NCBI GenBank assembly: GCA_964016885.1
Contig: OZ024744.1
Coordinates: 32,116,001-32,180,000 of the forward strand
Reading direction: 5' to 3'
Source: Eledone cirrhosa
Taxonomy: Eukaryota
DNA: 64,000 nucleotides
Shown: in pieces, positions 1 through 13,529 of the stretch
How positions within the stretch are numbered: position 1 is the first letter of the stretch
How the letters are laid out: the number at the start of each line of letters is the position of its first letter
The notes under the pieces: generated by a model
The model's input: the letters and a program-made list of their open reading frames with translations, nothing else
Told to the model about the DNA's origin: nothing
Database searches by the model: none
Made by a program: the position numbers and the translations under genes

Positions 1-204
1 ACTTACATTCCAGACCTTCACTCCACACCTACACTCCACATTTACACTCCACACCTTCACCATTACTTCTACGTGTTCAGTTTGCTAAATTATGTCTTTG
101 AAAACAAACAAAATTCACTTTCTTTCAACTTTTATTCATTTTATTCATTTTTATATGATTCCATGTATTTTTTAGTTGTTATTGTTGATGCTGTTGCTAC
201 TATT

Positions 205-556
205 ATTGCATTGAGTTGCGGCCCTTTATATTCCGAGTTCAAATACTTCCGAATTTAGCTTTGTCATTCTTCTTTACGGGGTCGAAAAAATAAAGTACCA
301 GTCATGCACTGGGTCTCGTTTTAATCGTCTTTCGTCTCCTCTAAAATTGCTGACCCTGTGCCTAAGTCAAAAACCATTATTATTGCATTGAGCTACGTCC
401 CTTAACATTCTGAGTTCAAATCATGCCGATTTTAGCTTTGCTATTCATCCTTACGGGGTCGGTAAAAAAAAGTACCAGTAATGATCTGGGGTATATTTAA
501 TGATTTTTGCACCCTTCCTTCAAATTGCTGGCTTTGTGCCGAAATCAGAAACAATT
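205..556 (+). mobile_element. Two tandem, 5'-truncated, diverged copies of the tRNA-derived SINE
   Basis: GAGTTCAAAT (B box)...TACGGGGTCG-AAAAATAAAGTACCAGT...ATTGCTGGCCTTGTGCCTAA..GAAACAATTATT occurs twice (about 205-380 and 386-556) and matches the fuller copy at 20391-20575. Confidence 0.75.
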
Positions 557-1164
557 ATTATTATTATTATTATTGTTAATATTAGTCTAATTGTTATTGT
601 GTGTTGTTATTGCATTAGTACCAGTAATGCACTGAGTATTTACTGACCTTGTGCTTAACGTAGAAACAGTTATTGCATTACCTGGCACAGTTCTATGTGT
701 CTTGGATACATGCAGTGTTGTTTTTGGTGTTGTTATTTCTATTGTATTGAAAGTACACTTCATAATATGTTTTCAGTGCCTAATAGTACTATTTTTCGTA
801 GCTTGTATGTCCTGGGATGTACTCTGTGTAAAATGTTTGCTGTACTTAGTAGCGCTACTTTCTCTATGCTGTATATGTTTTGGTCACGTATCCTGTGTCT
901 GTGTTTATTTTATTTTGTTCTCTGTTCAATGCCTGGACAGGCTGCTGTATTGTGTTCTTGAGCAAAACAATTTATCTCATGTTGCCACAGTATACTCAAT
1001 ACTGAGACGGAGTTAAACCTGTGTTAGATCGGTGTTCATCCCAAGGAGAAGCTTAACACAAAGGAAACAGGGGATAAGCACCGTCATGAATCTTCGACAT
1101 AGAACAGATTTTAACCAATTTAAGAGCTTGGGAGTGTTTCTGTTTTTCATCATCAATACTCCGG

Positions 1165-1370
1165 TTATTTCTATACCCAGATCTTCAGGTTTGGAGAATT
1201 TCTCCATTTCTTTTATAGACAGTTCGTCTTCTATGGAGATTAATACAACAATTAAAATACTTTCTTTTTCTTTGTGGTTTTCGACAATATCTGGTCGGTT
1301 GGCTTTGATCTGCCCTGTTTATATGTTTTCGCATAGCCCAGTGTAGGCATCTTACATTTTGTAGTGAATG
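1165..1370 (-). pseudogene. Degenerate restriction-like endonuclease (RLE) fragment of an R4/Dong-like non-LTR element
   Basis: The minus strand reads approximately [50 protein letters not shown]. This parallels RPDIILKD...LIDMSVP...IKTFEKLS-KYKD-EIEI at 62908-63477. Confidence 0.65.
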
Positions 1371-1384
1371 TATGTATGTATGTA

Positions 1385-1471
<87 letters not shown>

Positions 1472-1500
1472 ATATGTATATATGTATATATATATATATA

Positions 1501-2568
<1,068 letters not shown>

Positions 2569-2573
<5 letters not shown>

Positions 2574-5500
2574 AAAACCATGACCGCAGGAAGGCACTTT
2601 GCTCTAGCTCCCTCTAATATCCTCCTCAGCATCAGGATGTGACTGGTGGTTGATCTACCCTATCTGAAGCTGTTCTGGTTGTCCCTTAGCTTCTTCTCCA
2701 TCTCAGGCTGGATCCTGTTAAGAATCATCCTGTTGAGGGTCTTTGCCACAAGTGACGCCAGTGAGATCCCCAGTAGTTGTTGGTGTTAGAGAGATTTCCC
2801 TTCTTTGGCACTGGGACGATGTTACTGATACTCCACTGATTCGGGGCAACTCCTTTCTCCAACACCTCTTCATCACCTCTGATGCCACTCCATCTTCTCC
2901 ATGAGTCTTGCCCTCCTTGATCCTCTTCTTGGCTCTCTGAAGTTCCTCTCTGGTGAAGGGCTCTGTCTCAACATCCAGTTCCTCAAACAGTCGCCTGATC
3001 TCCCCAGTGCTCTGGGCTGTGGAGGGTGGCTCTCCTAGTAGGGTCCTAAAATGGTCTAGCCATTTACTGTTCCTATCCTCGGGCCCCGTTCCCTGGATCT
3101 GACTCGAACACCTTTTCTTCCTCCCTGTGATCTCGTTGATGATCATCCAGCTCTCCTTACATCCAGATCTGTCAACCGCTCTCTCCACACTTCTGATCTT
3201 CTCTATCAGTGCCTCCTCTCTGACCGCAGTGTAAGCGGTACAGAGCTCTTCCCTCATCACCTCCAGAGTCTCCATCCTCTCCTCTGTAGGATCAGCATAG
3301 AATTGGTCCCTGGCAGCTTTCAGGTGTTCTCTGGCTGCACACACTTTTGGGTTTGCAGAGCTGACGTGCTTCCCTTTGTTCTTTTTCCTCGGCACCAGGG
3401 TTTCACTTGCTTCCGCCACTGCATTGGTGAAGTGCCCATAGCTCCTCGTCACAGTCTCCTCAGTCCATCCAATCTCTCTCTCCTCTGACTCTCCACACAG
3501 AGCACTAAACCTGTTTCTCACTTCCACTGTAAACCTCTCCTGTAGCTTATCATCTTCCTTGAAAGCTCCCCAGTCATAGATTGTTCTCCGGGGCCGAGCC
3601 TTGCTCTTTCTTAAGCTCACCCGGACCTCACTCATAACAAGCCGGTGGTCACTACCCAGTGTACTGAAATAGCTGTATGGTTCCGTGTTCAGAACACTAT
3701 TCCGCCACTTTTTCCTCACCAGAATGAAATCAATCTGGGACTTGGACAGGTGCATATCTGAGATGTAGGTCCACATCTTCCCCAGATTCTTCCTAAACCT
3801 TAGGTTGGTCGCCATCAAGTTCGCCTCCAGCAGGGTGTCTCTCAGTAGTCTTCCATTTCGGTTGGTGTTGTTAAGGAAGTACCAGCAAGGATCTTCACTG
3901 CCCTCCTTACTCAGATGTGCATTGAAGTCCCCCCCAAAAAAGCAGGATATTGTGTGCCTGAGTGGTGTTGACAGCTCTACACACCTCCTCATGGAACTCT
4001 TCCGCACTCACATCACTGTCCCCCTCGGTTGGACTATAGGCTGAGATGACTGTCAGTCTTGGGTTTCCATTGAAGGTCACCCTCAACACTCGCGGGGAGA
4101 TAGGCATTATTTCCCTCACCAACAGATTGGTTTTTGCACTGAACACAAAACCCACTCCTCCTACTGCAGCATTTGTTGTGTTCTTCACTGCCGATGTATT
4201 GATGAGCTGGCTCTTCTTCCCGATCATCACACTCCTCACGGGCTCATCGTGTAGGATCCTGTGTTCTTGGATCGCAAGTATCTGTATACCACTCTCCTCG
4301 AACAGATGTCCCAACTCCTCTCTCTTCTCCAGCGTCCGAATAGTCCTCACATTCAAAGTGCCCATTTTGATGGCTCTTCTGCAGGACAAAACTGCATTCT
4401 TTATATTTGTCTCAGAGACAGCTGATCCATCATCCACTGGCCCTCTCTGTGGCTCTAAGCCAGCAGAGTCATAACGACAAGGCTGCTCCTTGACAGTGTA
4501 ATTAGGGGCTCTAACCCTAGTGCTGTTAGATCGACTCTCCATATTTCTTTTCAATGGCTGACAATACCTTACCGGCGCCACTCGAATAAGGTAGTTATTT
4601 AACCCATAAATGGAGCCCTAACAGGTACTACCACCCCGGGCCAGGGCAGACCTGGGAGTCATGACAACTAAGGGGTAACTCCACATTCCCCATATCTCCT
4701 GAACTCCCGAATCTGAGCATTGCCACTGGATGTAGTTTAATGTCATACCCAGGACTACATACTTTTCATTGACTTTAGGAAGGCCTTTGATTCTGTGGAC
4801 CGTTACTGCCTGATGAAGATCTTACAGGCTTATGGAATCCCCAAGAAGATAGTGGACCTGATATCACTGCTCTACACCAACACCAAAGCCCAAGTCATTA
4901 CACCTGATGGGATGACAGAGTTCTTTGAGATACTGGCTGGAGTGCTCTAGGGAGATACATTGGCTCCCTACCTTTTTATCATCGTAGTGGACTATTGTAT
5001 GCGCCTTGCACTGGAGAAACACCAGGACTCTGGCTTTACTGTAGCACCGGCTCAGAGCAGAAGAGTTAGTGCGAAAAAAGTATCGGATGCTGAATTTGCC
5101 GACGACATAGTTTTGGTGACAAATACAGTGAAGGAGGCAGAGGATTTGATGCGGGAGGTTGAGACTGTGTCGATGAGTGTGGGGCTGAGAATGAACGAGA
5201 CTAAAACAAAATATCTGGTAGAGAATGTTGAGAAGCCAGAGGGATCACTAATGTAGGCGGGAAGCCGCTGGAATTGGTTGAGGACTTCCTGTATTTGGGA
5301 GCAAAGATTGGGAATACGGAAGATGATGTGGTTGGGAGGAAGAGCAAGGCCTGGGCGGCGTGCCACAGCTTGAGATCGGTGTGGAAGTCGGACCTTCGTA
5401 GAGACCTGAAAATCCGCCTCTTCATTGCTGTAGTGGAGTCTCTGCTGCTGTATGGGTCTGAGACTTGGACACTGACCAAGAAACTCACTCAGATGGTGGA

Positions 5501-5852
5501 TGGGTGCTACACGAGAATGCTGAGGATGGCTCTGAACATTAATCAGTATACACTCAGGATGAAAAACTCAGAGCTGTATGGGAGCATCCCAAAAGTCAGC
5601 TCAAAAGTGACACAGAGGACACTGAGGTTAGCTGGACATGCTCACCGACATCCAGAGTTGACATTGCACTCAGTGCTCCTTTGGGAGCCCCTACATGGAC
5701 ACACTAGAAGAGGAAGACCAAGGTTAACGTATGTTGATGCCCTAAGGACAGACACTGGTCTGTTGGAGACGCAGGACATGGCAGCGACAATGAGGGACAG
5801 AGACCGCTGGAGAGAACTCGTTCATGGATCTCGGGAATTTTACCCGCCTTAG
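2569..5852. mobile_element. Near full-length RTE-clade LINE with an inverted 5' half (2569-~4757 minus, ~4762-5852 plus), in (TA)n
   Basis: Minus part: AP endonuclease (GTLNVRT, AIQEHR, GGDFNAH, SQIDFILV, SDHRLV) and RT start ([16 protein letters not shown]...VMVFI). Plus part continues FIDFRKAFDSV...GVL*GDTLAPYLF...FADD...FLYLG...LRLAGH...RGRPRLTY...DRDRWRELV. It contains frameshifts and stops. Confidence 0.9.
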
Positions 5853-5892
5853 ATATATATATATATATATATATATACGTATATATGTATGT

Positions 5893-5974
<82 letters not shown>

Positions 5975-6012
5975 ACATGTATGTATCCATGTATATATAT
6001 ATATATATATAT

Positions 6013-6133
6013 AACGAGGGAATTGTGGTAAGGAACCAGATGGACCATAACGCACCAAAGTACTCAATACTTACGGTAGTAGAGTGGGTAATAGGAACAA
6101 GTATGACCCCCTCGGGGTCATACTTGTTCCTAT
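6013..6133 (-). mobile_element. Penelope-like terminal-repeat fragment (family P1) with a terminal fold-back hairpin
   Basis: Same sequence as 22313-22506 and 23811-23990. The hairpin is ATAGGAACAAGTATGACCCC-CTC-GGGGTCATACTTGTTCCTAT, and the fragment is flanked by (TA)n. Confidence 0.65.
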
Positions 6134-6179
6134 ATATCTATGTATATATGTATGTAGATATGTATATGTATGTATATAT

Positions 6180-6288
<109 letters not shown>

Positions 6289-6336
6289 AAGAGTGAAGAA
6301 TAACATGATCAACAATACAAAAGGGTTTTATTTACA

Positions 6337-6447
6337 GTATTAACAATTGTTTCATTGATCAGGTGAGTCTAAAGACCGCTAATCACTCGAAGTTTCGTCA
6401 CTCAACCTTAAATACAATGTGTGTCTCTGATCAAATCATCGGAATAC
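6337..6447 (-). ncRNA. Minimal type-I hammerhead-like motif (core CCGATGA variant)
   Basis: Minus strand: GTATT-CCGATGA-stem II (TTGATCAG/CTGATCAA, long loop)-GAAAC-AATT-GT-T-AATAC. Stem I is GTATT/AATAC. Confidence 0.6.
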
Positions 6448-7069
6448 ATATATATATATGATATATGTATGTATATATGTATATGTATGTATATATGTAT
6501 GTATGAATATATGTATATATGTATGTGTGTATGCATGTATGTATAAATGTTTGTTTCTATCAAATTTTGAAGGCTTCAGATATTACGGCCATGGTTACGG
6601 AGTCGGTAAAATAAAGTACCAGTAATGAATTAGGGTTGATTTAATCGACTTTCCCTTTTCCTGCAAATTGCTGGCCTTAAGCCAATAGTAGAAAGATTAA
6701 TTATTGCTATGGTTGCAATCCAGGTCCACCAGAGTTAACTTTGCCTTTTTTTCTTTCTTTCTTTCCAAGGGTCGATAAAATAAAGTACCACTCCATTTAA
6801 TTGACTGTCTATTCTACCCCATACACATACACATACACACACATAAACAGACGCTGAAACACATACACAAACACACAGAGATAAACACACGCTCAAACAC
6901 TCACAAATACAAACACACACACAAATACAAACACACACACTCACTCAAACACATATATACGTACACGCTCAAGCGCGTGCACACACATACACACACTCAC
7001 GTACACTCACGTACATTGCTGGCCATGCGTCAACATTAGCAATCCTTGGTCCAGGACTTCAGTAAATAA

Positions 7070-7496
7070 TGGTTTCTTTTATAGGCACAAGGCCAGCAAT
7101 TTGGGAGGAGGGGAAAGTCGATTAAAGCGACCCCAGTGCGTGACTGGTACTTTATTTTTTTCGAGTCCGTAAGGATGGAAGGCAAAGTTAACCTCGGCGG
7201 GATTTGAACTCAGATCAGACCATAAAGGGCCGTAACTCTATGCTGCAAACCATGGCTCCGACCCTTTGCCGTCTGGAGTTGTAACAAAATTTTCATGTCT
7301 GTGCCAGGCGAAATTGAAGCGCGTCGTTCCGCTTGGTCCAAATAGTCAGTGACGAAGTATAGCTGTAGGAACTGGGGCTGTCCGATTGTCGTGGGCAGTA
7401 GCGAACCGATTCTGTGGTAAATTTGTCCTTGAACTTTAAAGGTAGGCATGAAGCATGGCTCCGACCCTTTACCGATACTGCCAATCCACCGCCCTA
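7070..7496 (-). mobile_element. tRNA-derived SINE interrupted by a 186-bp insert
   Basis: The minus strand has the A box TGGCAGTATCGG, the B box GAGTTCAAATCC and the AAAATAAAGTACCAGT body. The insert 7268-7453 lies between direct repeats. Confidence 0.8.
7268..7453 (-). pseudogene. Helitron Rep/Helicase N-terminal coding fragment
   Basis: FMPTFKVQGQIYHRIGSLLP...PQFLQLYF is a motif I recognise from the region upstream of the Rep domain in Helitron RepHel proteins. Confidence 0.75.
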
Positions 7497-8645
7497 GGAC
7501 TGAAAAAAATATAAAATATATTTTATCACTGCGTAACTTTTATTTAATTATTGTGGAATTTTTTGTCCGAATAGAGACTAGTTATTTTATTTTATTTTTT
7601 TGTCATTGTTATTTTTGTCGATTGTTTTGTTGTAGAAGAAACTAAGAATGTGAAGAGATTGAAAGACAAATTCCACCTCGGCGGTATTTTAACTCATCTA
7701 TTTATAAATTTGAGGGACTTCTGTCCGTCCGTCACACAATGTGTGTGTGTGTGTGTGTAAAAGGAATGATGGTGGAAAATCTATAGCAAAACAGTGACTA
7801 GAGTTCCCTTTCTACGCCGTATGTGAGTGTATGTGTATATGTGTGTTTGAGTAAATGCATGCGCGTGTGGTTGTATTAATATATATTTGTGTTTGTGGGA
7901 ATGTATGTGTTTGTGTGAATCTGTGTGTGTGTATGTTTGTAAGTAAGTGTGTCTGTGTTTGCACGTTTATATTTATTTACTCATACATATAAATATATGC
8001 ATATGCACACACACATGCACACACATACGCACCCGCATATATACATACGCGTCAGCGTGTTGAAAAAAAACCCTAGTAACTCAAGAAAGCAGGACAAAAT
8101 GTCGTGATATTTTGTCCTGCTTTCTAAAGATTCCCGACAGAATGGAACACTGAGCAGAGGAGGAACCCTTTATAGGGGTGGTGTTGGGGTAGGGTGGGGG
8201 TGGATGTGGGGGTGGGGGTGGGGGAGACATCAAGGCAGGACCTTTCACCACATTTTCCATTACTGATAATATCTTACGGTTACAAGTCTGTAAGTGCTAC
8301 AAACACACACACACAGTGACAGACAGACAGGCAGGCACACACACACAGTGACAGACAGACAAACAGGCACACACACACAGTGACAGACAGACAAACAGGC
8401 ACACACACACAGTGACAGACAAATTTCTGTTTATTTGCCACTAGGGCACAAAAGAAAGGGACATGTACATGGGTGGGGGGAGTTTACATAAAAATCGAGT
8501 AAGAAAAATATAACAAACAAAATAGTAACAAGAAGGTCCTCAATAGGGAGGGATCGTTTTGGGGTCACACACACCCCCGAAAAAAAGTGTGCGACCCTTC
8601 TCCACGGGAGCACAAAGAGAGGGTGCTCCCTTCTTCCTGTTCCAC

Positions 8646-11600
8646 CTACAGGCTGAGGTAGAGAGAAGGCCCATTCACACGGGCCATTCTCGCAACTTTC
8701 ACCCACCTTTCATAAAACTGGCTGTAGTGGAGCACCTCTCTCTCCATCCTGATCCTTCTTTCGAAATGGTATCGGAAGAAAAGGACCAGTTGTTGGCCAG
8801 AGAGAAAGGTGTCCGAACTCAGCCCTTTCAGACGCGTCCACCATATAGCCTCTTTTACCATGGCTATTAGACAGAGGAAGACCGCCTCTCCTTCATTTTT
8901 GAAGGGTGGAGGCGGCCTGATCGTTACAATGGACTCGGTGGTCAACCTAATTGGTCCCACCCGTGACAGCAGTTGTTCGACATGGCCCCACAGATCGGCA
9001 ACGCCCGGGCAGTGCACCAATGCGTGCGCGACGGTTTCCTCGTCGCGCACGCATCTGGGACAGATCTTTTTCGAGGGGTCCCTACCCGGGCGCCCGTGTC
9101 TGTAGAGCTTATCCCGAACGGGCAGAGCCCCTCGGTAGCACTGCCAGGCCAAGGACTTCTGGAAGTTGTCCATAGGTCCCGGGCCGAAAGTCCTACCGAA
9201 TAGACTGGCCAGTTCGTCCTCCTCCATGCCTAGGGTTTCTCCGGGGGCGTCGTCGCACCCGCTAACCACCAACCCTCTATAGAATGACGAGGTGGAGTCT
9301 CCGTCGATAGCTGGGTCCGCCTGCCAGAGAGCCGTGAGCGCCTGGGCACACTCGGTGTGCCAGTCGCCCAGTTTTCTCGGTCTTTGCTTCACCCAGGACT
9401 GCAGCTCGGTGAGCGAGACGAGCCTCGGGAAGGCTCGCCTCACAAACGGGGCCCACACCGGTTGACGGGTGAGGAATACCTGGAGGTGCCTTAGCCTCAA
9501 TGCGTGTTTACGCATTTTTAGCCACGGCATCCCCAGCCCTCCTTTCAAAGGGTGTTGACAGCAGGTGGATCTCCTCACCAGAGGAGACCTCTTCTTCCAA
9601 AGGAAATAAAAGAGGGCGCGCTCCATTTTGGCGAGGATCTCACCCGGGCAAGGCACGACAGTCAAGCGGTAATAGATGACGGACGCTATGTAAGCGTTCG
9701 CCACCTCCGCCTGACCTTTCAGGGATAGTTTGCACTCGGCCCACTTCTGGGTCAGTGCAAACACCCTATTCGTCACCTCACCCCAGTTTTTCTCCACCTG
9801 GAGGTCCGGTCCGAACCAGACCCCAAGCAACTTCACCGGGCCCTCCGTCCACCGTCCGACGATACCGTCGCACGACATCGCTTTGCCCCTCCACTCGCCG
9901 AGTTGCAAAGCGACTGACTTGTCCCGGTTCAGCTTAGCCCCTGTCAACCTTTCGTACTCCTCCAGTAAGGTGTCGATTGCCTCGATTTCCGAGGTGGTCG
10001 ACACCATTACTGTTACGTCATCGGCGTAGGCCGACACCGCTTTGCGCAATCCCGGTTCCAATGGGATGCCCTGCAACAACTCCAACTTCCGCAGTAGTGG
10101 CTCGAGAGCCAATACATACAGAAGGGAGGAGAGAGGGCACCCCTGTCGGATGGAGCGGGTGATTTCGAACGGCTCCGAAAGGTAGCCGTTCACCTTGACT
10201 CTAGAGCAGATGCGGCTGCTGTGCATGGCAGTGATCCAGCCCCTGAAAACGGGTCCGAACCCAGCCGCCGCTAGCACCGCATCCAGGTAACCATGGTCCA
10301 CCCTATCGAACGCTTTAGACTGATCTAAATTTATCAGGGCCCCACCAAAGCCGGGTTCGTTCCCAACCCTCTCTATGATGTATCGCATGAGGTGGAGGTT
10401 GTCGTGGATGGACCTGGACGGGATAGCGCATGTCTGCGCATCTCCCACCAGGCCCCCCACGACAAGCGCCAACCTCTTCGCTAACACCTTGGCCAAAGTC
10501 TTTAACTCTGCATTTAACAGAGTTATGGGCCTAAAATTACTAATGTCACCCCCCTTGTTCTCGTCCTTCCTCACTAGCGAGACCACGCCCTTGGTCACAG
10601 AACAGGGAATTCTCCCGTTCTGTTGCCAGTTGCAGTAGACCGCCTCGAGGAGATCGGGGAACAAGTCCGGCATATTAATATATAGTTCGTAGGGCAGACC
10701 ATCGAGTCCTGGAGATTTGCGTTTGCCGCATAGGCTCAGCACGTCCCCTATTTCAGCAGCTGAGATCGGCCCGTCGCAGGACCTCGCCTCCCTGTCCGAA
10801 AGACGCGGCAGGCCGTCGAGGTATGGACCGAAATCCACATCCCCAACCGGCCCCCCGCCCCTCCCGAACAATTGAGCAAAGTGCCTTTGAAAGGCCTCGC
10901 ACATTTGCTTAGGTTCAAGGATCAACCGTCCATCCTGGTCTCGCAAAGACCGGATAGTGGATTTAATCCCACTTTTCGCTTCTGTCACGCGGGCCCAGCT
11001 AACAGCTTTGGTCCCCTCGTTTCCCAGAGCACGCATTTTGCTTCGGACAACGCAGCCTTCGTGTTTCGCGTCGAAGAACTGGTTCAAGACCGTTCTCGAC
11101 GCTTGCACTCTGGCCACGTTGCCGCTTCTCATTGCCTCTTCAACATTAACTACCAACTCCCTTTCCTTCCTATTTCTATCTGAGGCTAACTCCTTACTAA
11201 CTCCTATTGAAACTACTCTAATCTCTCTTTTTAGAGAGCCCCACCACCTGTTGTTGACGATGGCGCCCGTCAACCGCTCCTTAACTAAGGTTCTAATCCG
11301 CTCCCTGTAAGCTCTACTTGCCGGTAAGGACAAGTTGAGCTTCCAGTAACCGGGCCCCTGCCTATGCGTTCTATCAAGGTGGACTACGCAGGTCACTAAC
11401 TTGTGGTCTGAATAGCCCACCATGAGCATTTCTGGACAACTTAATTCTAACTAAGAACCTATCTAGGTACGATCTAGATTGACCACTGTTATTTGACCAG
11501 GTCCAGATTGGCACAGTCGGAAAATCTAGTCGGTATCTATCGGCCTGGTCAAATCGGCCGATTAACCCCTTAAGGCTGTTACACCCCCTCTATCGGGACA

Positions 11601-12065
11601 TGCCCCTACATAGTCCCAACGTGCATCTAGGATACCATTCCAGTCCCCCACTAAAAGCAAGGAGCGGGACGTCCCTAGAAAAGTCTCCAGACGATGGAAG
11701 AAGTCCGACCGCATTGCCCCAAAAGGGGCGTATACGGCGACAAGCCTAAAAGCTTCGCCTTCACCATTGCCAAGGTCCAGAACCACGAGTCGACCCTCCG
11801 GGTCCAAGTGTACCGTCTGTGTAGCGAGACCCAGATGTTTTTGCAGCAGAACGACAACCCCACCCCCACCTCCGGGCTGACAGAGAGATGCGTGCATCTC
11901 AAAGTCATCAAAGGTGGGGGCTAGCTGTCGCATGCTGCTGATCCGGGCCTCGCAAATAACCATCACATTTATACATTGTGACCTGAGGTCACTTAGAAGT
12001 TTAGCTTGCTTCCAAGGTGAGCCCAGGCCACGCGCATTTAGACAACCTACTCTTAAGACAGCCAT
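8646..12065 (-). pseudogene. Element A ORF2 (AP endonuclease + reverse transcriptase + C-terminal Cys finger), disrupted near 11430-11560
   Basis: Motifs: CLNARGL, VYAP, GDWN, SDHKLV, GPGYWKLN, KSPGLDGLP, RPITLLN, DQSKAFDRV, RQGCPLS, AYADDV, GGLG, CPRC...ETVAHALVHC. The 927-aa downstream part is open. Confidence 0.93.
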
Positions 12066-12119
12066 GTTGGTGGCAAAGAAAGAGGCACTTACCTCTCTGC
12101 GTCCCGGGGTTCGGGCCGC

Positions 12120-13529
12120 TCAGTTTCCATGGGGCTGGTGAGGGGTTGATGGGTGGAGTGGTGGTTTGTGGTGGTGTGGGGTATTAGTGTGTGGAGGGGT
12201 TGGGATCTTTGGAGTTGTGTGGGTGTTTGAGAAGGGGAGGGGAAAACCTTTCAGGAGGACGCGGTTGAGTGGCCTGGTGCAGGGTGGGCCCACGTCCTCA
12301 GGGTAAATGTCTTTCAAAGTTTTGAAAATGTCAAGTGGGATTTTCACCATTTTCAGGTTAGGGAGTCCCATTGCCGTTACGAAATTCGGCCCTTCGGTTT
12401 GTATCGAAGGGTTGTTTTCTATTTTTTCAGTTAGGTTTTTATTGTTTTTGTTTATGTATGTGTAGAGTTTTTGTGTTGTGTTTGTTTTTGCTTGTTGTTG
12501 TTGAGTGAGTTTGCGTTTTATTGTCTGTGTTGTGTTGTCAGGTGGGGTTATTTTTGTTTGTGTGGTGTGTGTACGTTTTTTTCTTTTCACTTTTTGGAAG
12601 GGAGCCCCCTCGTCTTCCGACGATATGAGCTCCTCTTCCGTATTGGAGGGGAGGGGGTATATCTCCGGGTTGTGTATGAACTGCATGTGTTTTGTATTTG
12701 TGTTCTGTGGGGTGGGGCTGGGTGGGACCGTGTTTTGGGTTGTTTTCTTGAGCTGTTGTTGATGTTGTTGTTGTTGTGGTGGTGGTGTTGTTGGTTTTTG
12801 TTGTCGTTGTGGTGGTGATGGTAGTGTATTTTGTTGTTTTTGTGATGGTGGTGCTGGTTGTTTTTGTTGTTGTTGTGGTGTTTGTAGCAGTGGTTTTTTT
12901 GTTGTTAGTAGAGGGCAGGCCGTCCTCAGGTGACCTCTGCCAGCGCAGTGGTAACATGAGGGTCTCCTGCCTTCCACTGTGATATTTATGAAGGTTCGCC
13001 CATCCAGTAGGACTCGGTCGGGTATTCCGGAGATTCTCTCAGGTGTCATCTGTAAGAGAACCTCCAGACTTTTCCCCCCGAACAGTCCACTGGTGGACTC
13101 TCCTGCTGAAATAAGTATGACCTTTTCTAGGTCCGTAAATCCTGTTAGGACGGACCAGATGTTAATTTCTGGCGTAGGGCTCCACATTCTTATTCTTTGT
13201 GTTCTTCTTCCTTTATATGTAGGGAAGAAGGTGTATTGTGGTGACACTATAGGTGCCACCGAATATTTTTGGGCCAGCATTTTGTCCTTCATTCGGACCA
13301 TAATGCTGGCATATAGTTTTCCTCTTTGAATAAAGAGTATGTCCTTTTTAATGTCTTTCAGAACCAGCTCAATTTGACTTTCTGTCAATTGAGCTGGCTT
13401 TCTTGTTGCGTTGGTTATAGTTCTGTAGGTTACGGTATTCTTATATACCTGTTGACGCACTTCTTCTGGGGAGTTGATCGTAAAAGAACTATCCTCCCCA
13501 AAAGATACGTATTTTCTAGCCTCTAGCAA
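12120..13529 (-). CDS. Element A ORF1 (gag-like nucleic-acid-binding protein)
   Basis: 469-aa ORF with the CCHC knuckle VEGRRPSCYHCAGRGHLRTAC followed by a Q/P/T-rich linker. The true start is probably further upstream, behind a frameshift. Confidence 0.8.
   Translation of the reverse strand: MLEARKYVSFGEDSSFTINSPEEVRQQVYKNTVTYRTITNATRKPAQLTESQIELVLKDIKKDILFIQRGKLYASIMVRMKDKMLAQKYSVAPIVSPQYTFFPTYKGRRTQRIRMWSPTPEINIWSVLTGFTDLEKVILISAGESTSGLFGGKSLEVLLQMTPERISGIPDRVLLDGRTFINITVEGRRPSCYHCAGRGHLRTACPLLTTKKPLLQTPQQQQKQPAPPSQKQQNTLPSPPQRQQKPTTPPPQQQQHQQQLKKTTQNTVPPSPTPQNTNTKHMQFIHNPEIYPLPSNTEEELISSEDEGAPFQKVKRKKRTHTTQTKITPPDNTTQTIKRKLTQQQQAKTNTTQKLYTYINKNNKNLTEKIENNPSIQTEGPNFVTAMGLPNLKMVKIPLDIFKTLKDIYPEDVGPPCTRPLNRVLLKGFPLPFSNTHTTPKIPTPPHTNTPHHHKPPLHPSTPHQPHGN

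Noticed and set aside
7697-8077. Possible non-autonomous Helitron (A|TCTATTTATAAA...CTAG|T)
   Set aside because: The 5' TC start is suggestive, but I see no convincing subterminal hairpin before either CTAG and no second copy in the window.
8085-8125. Perfect 16-bp-arm hairpin GAAAGCAGGACAAAAT/ATTTTGTCCTGCTTTC
   Set aside because: It is real but isolated, with no ribozyme core, terminal structure or second copy to support a function.
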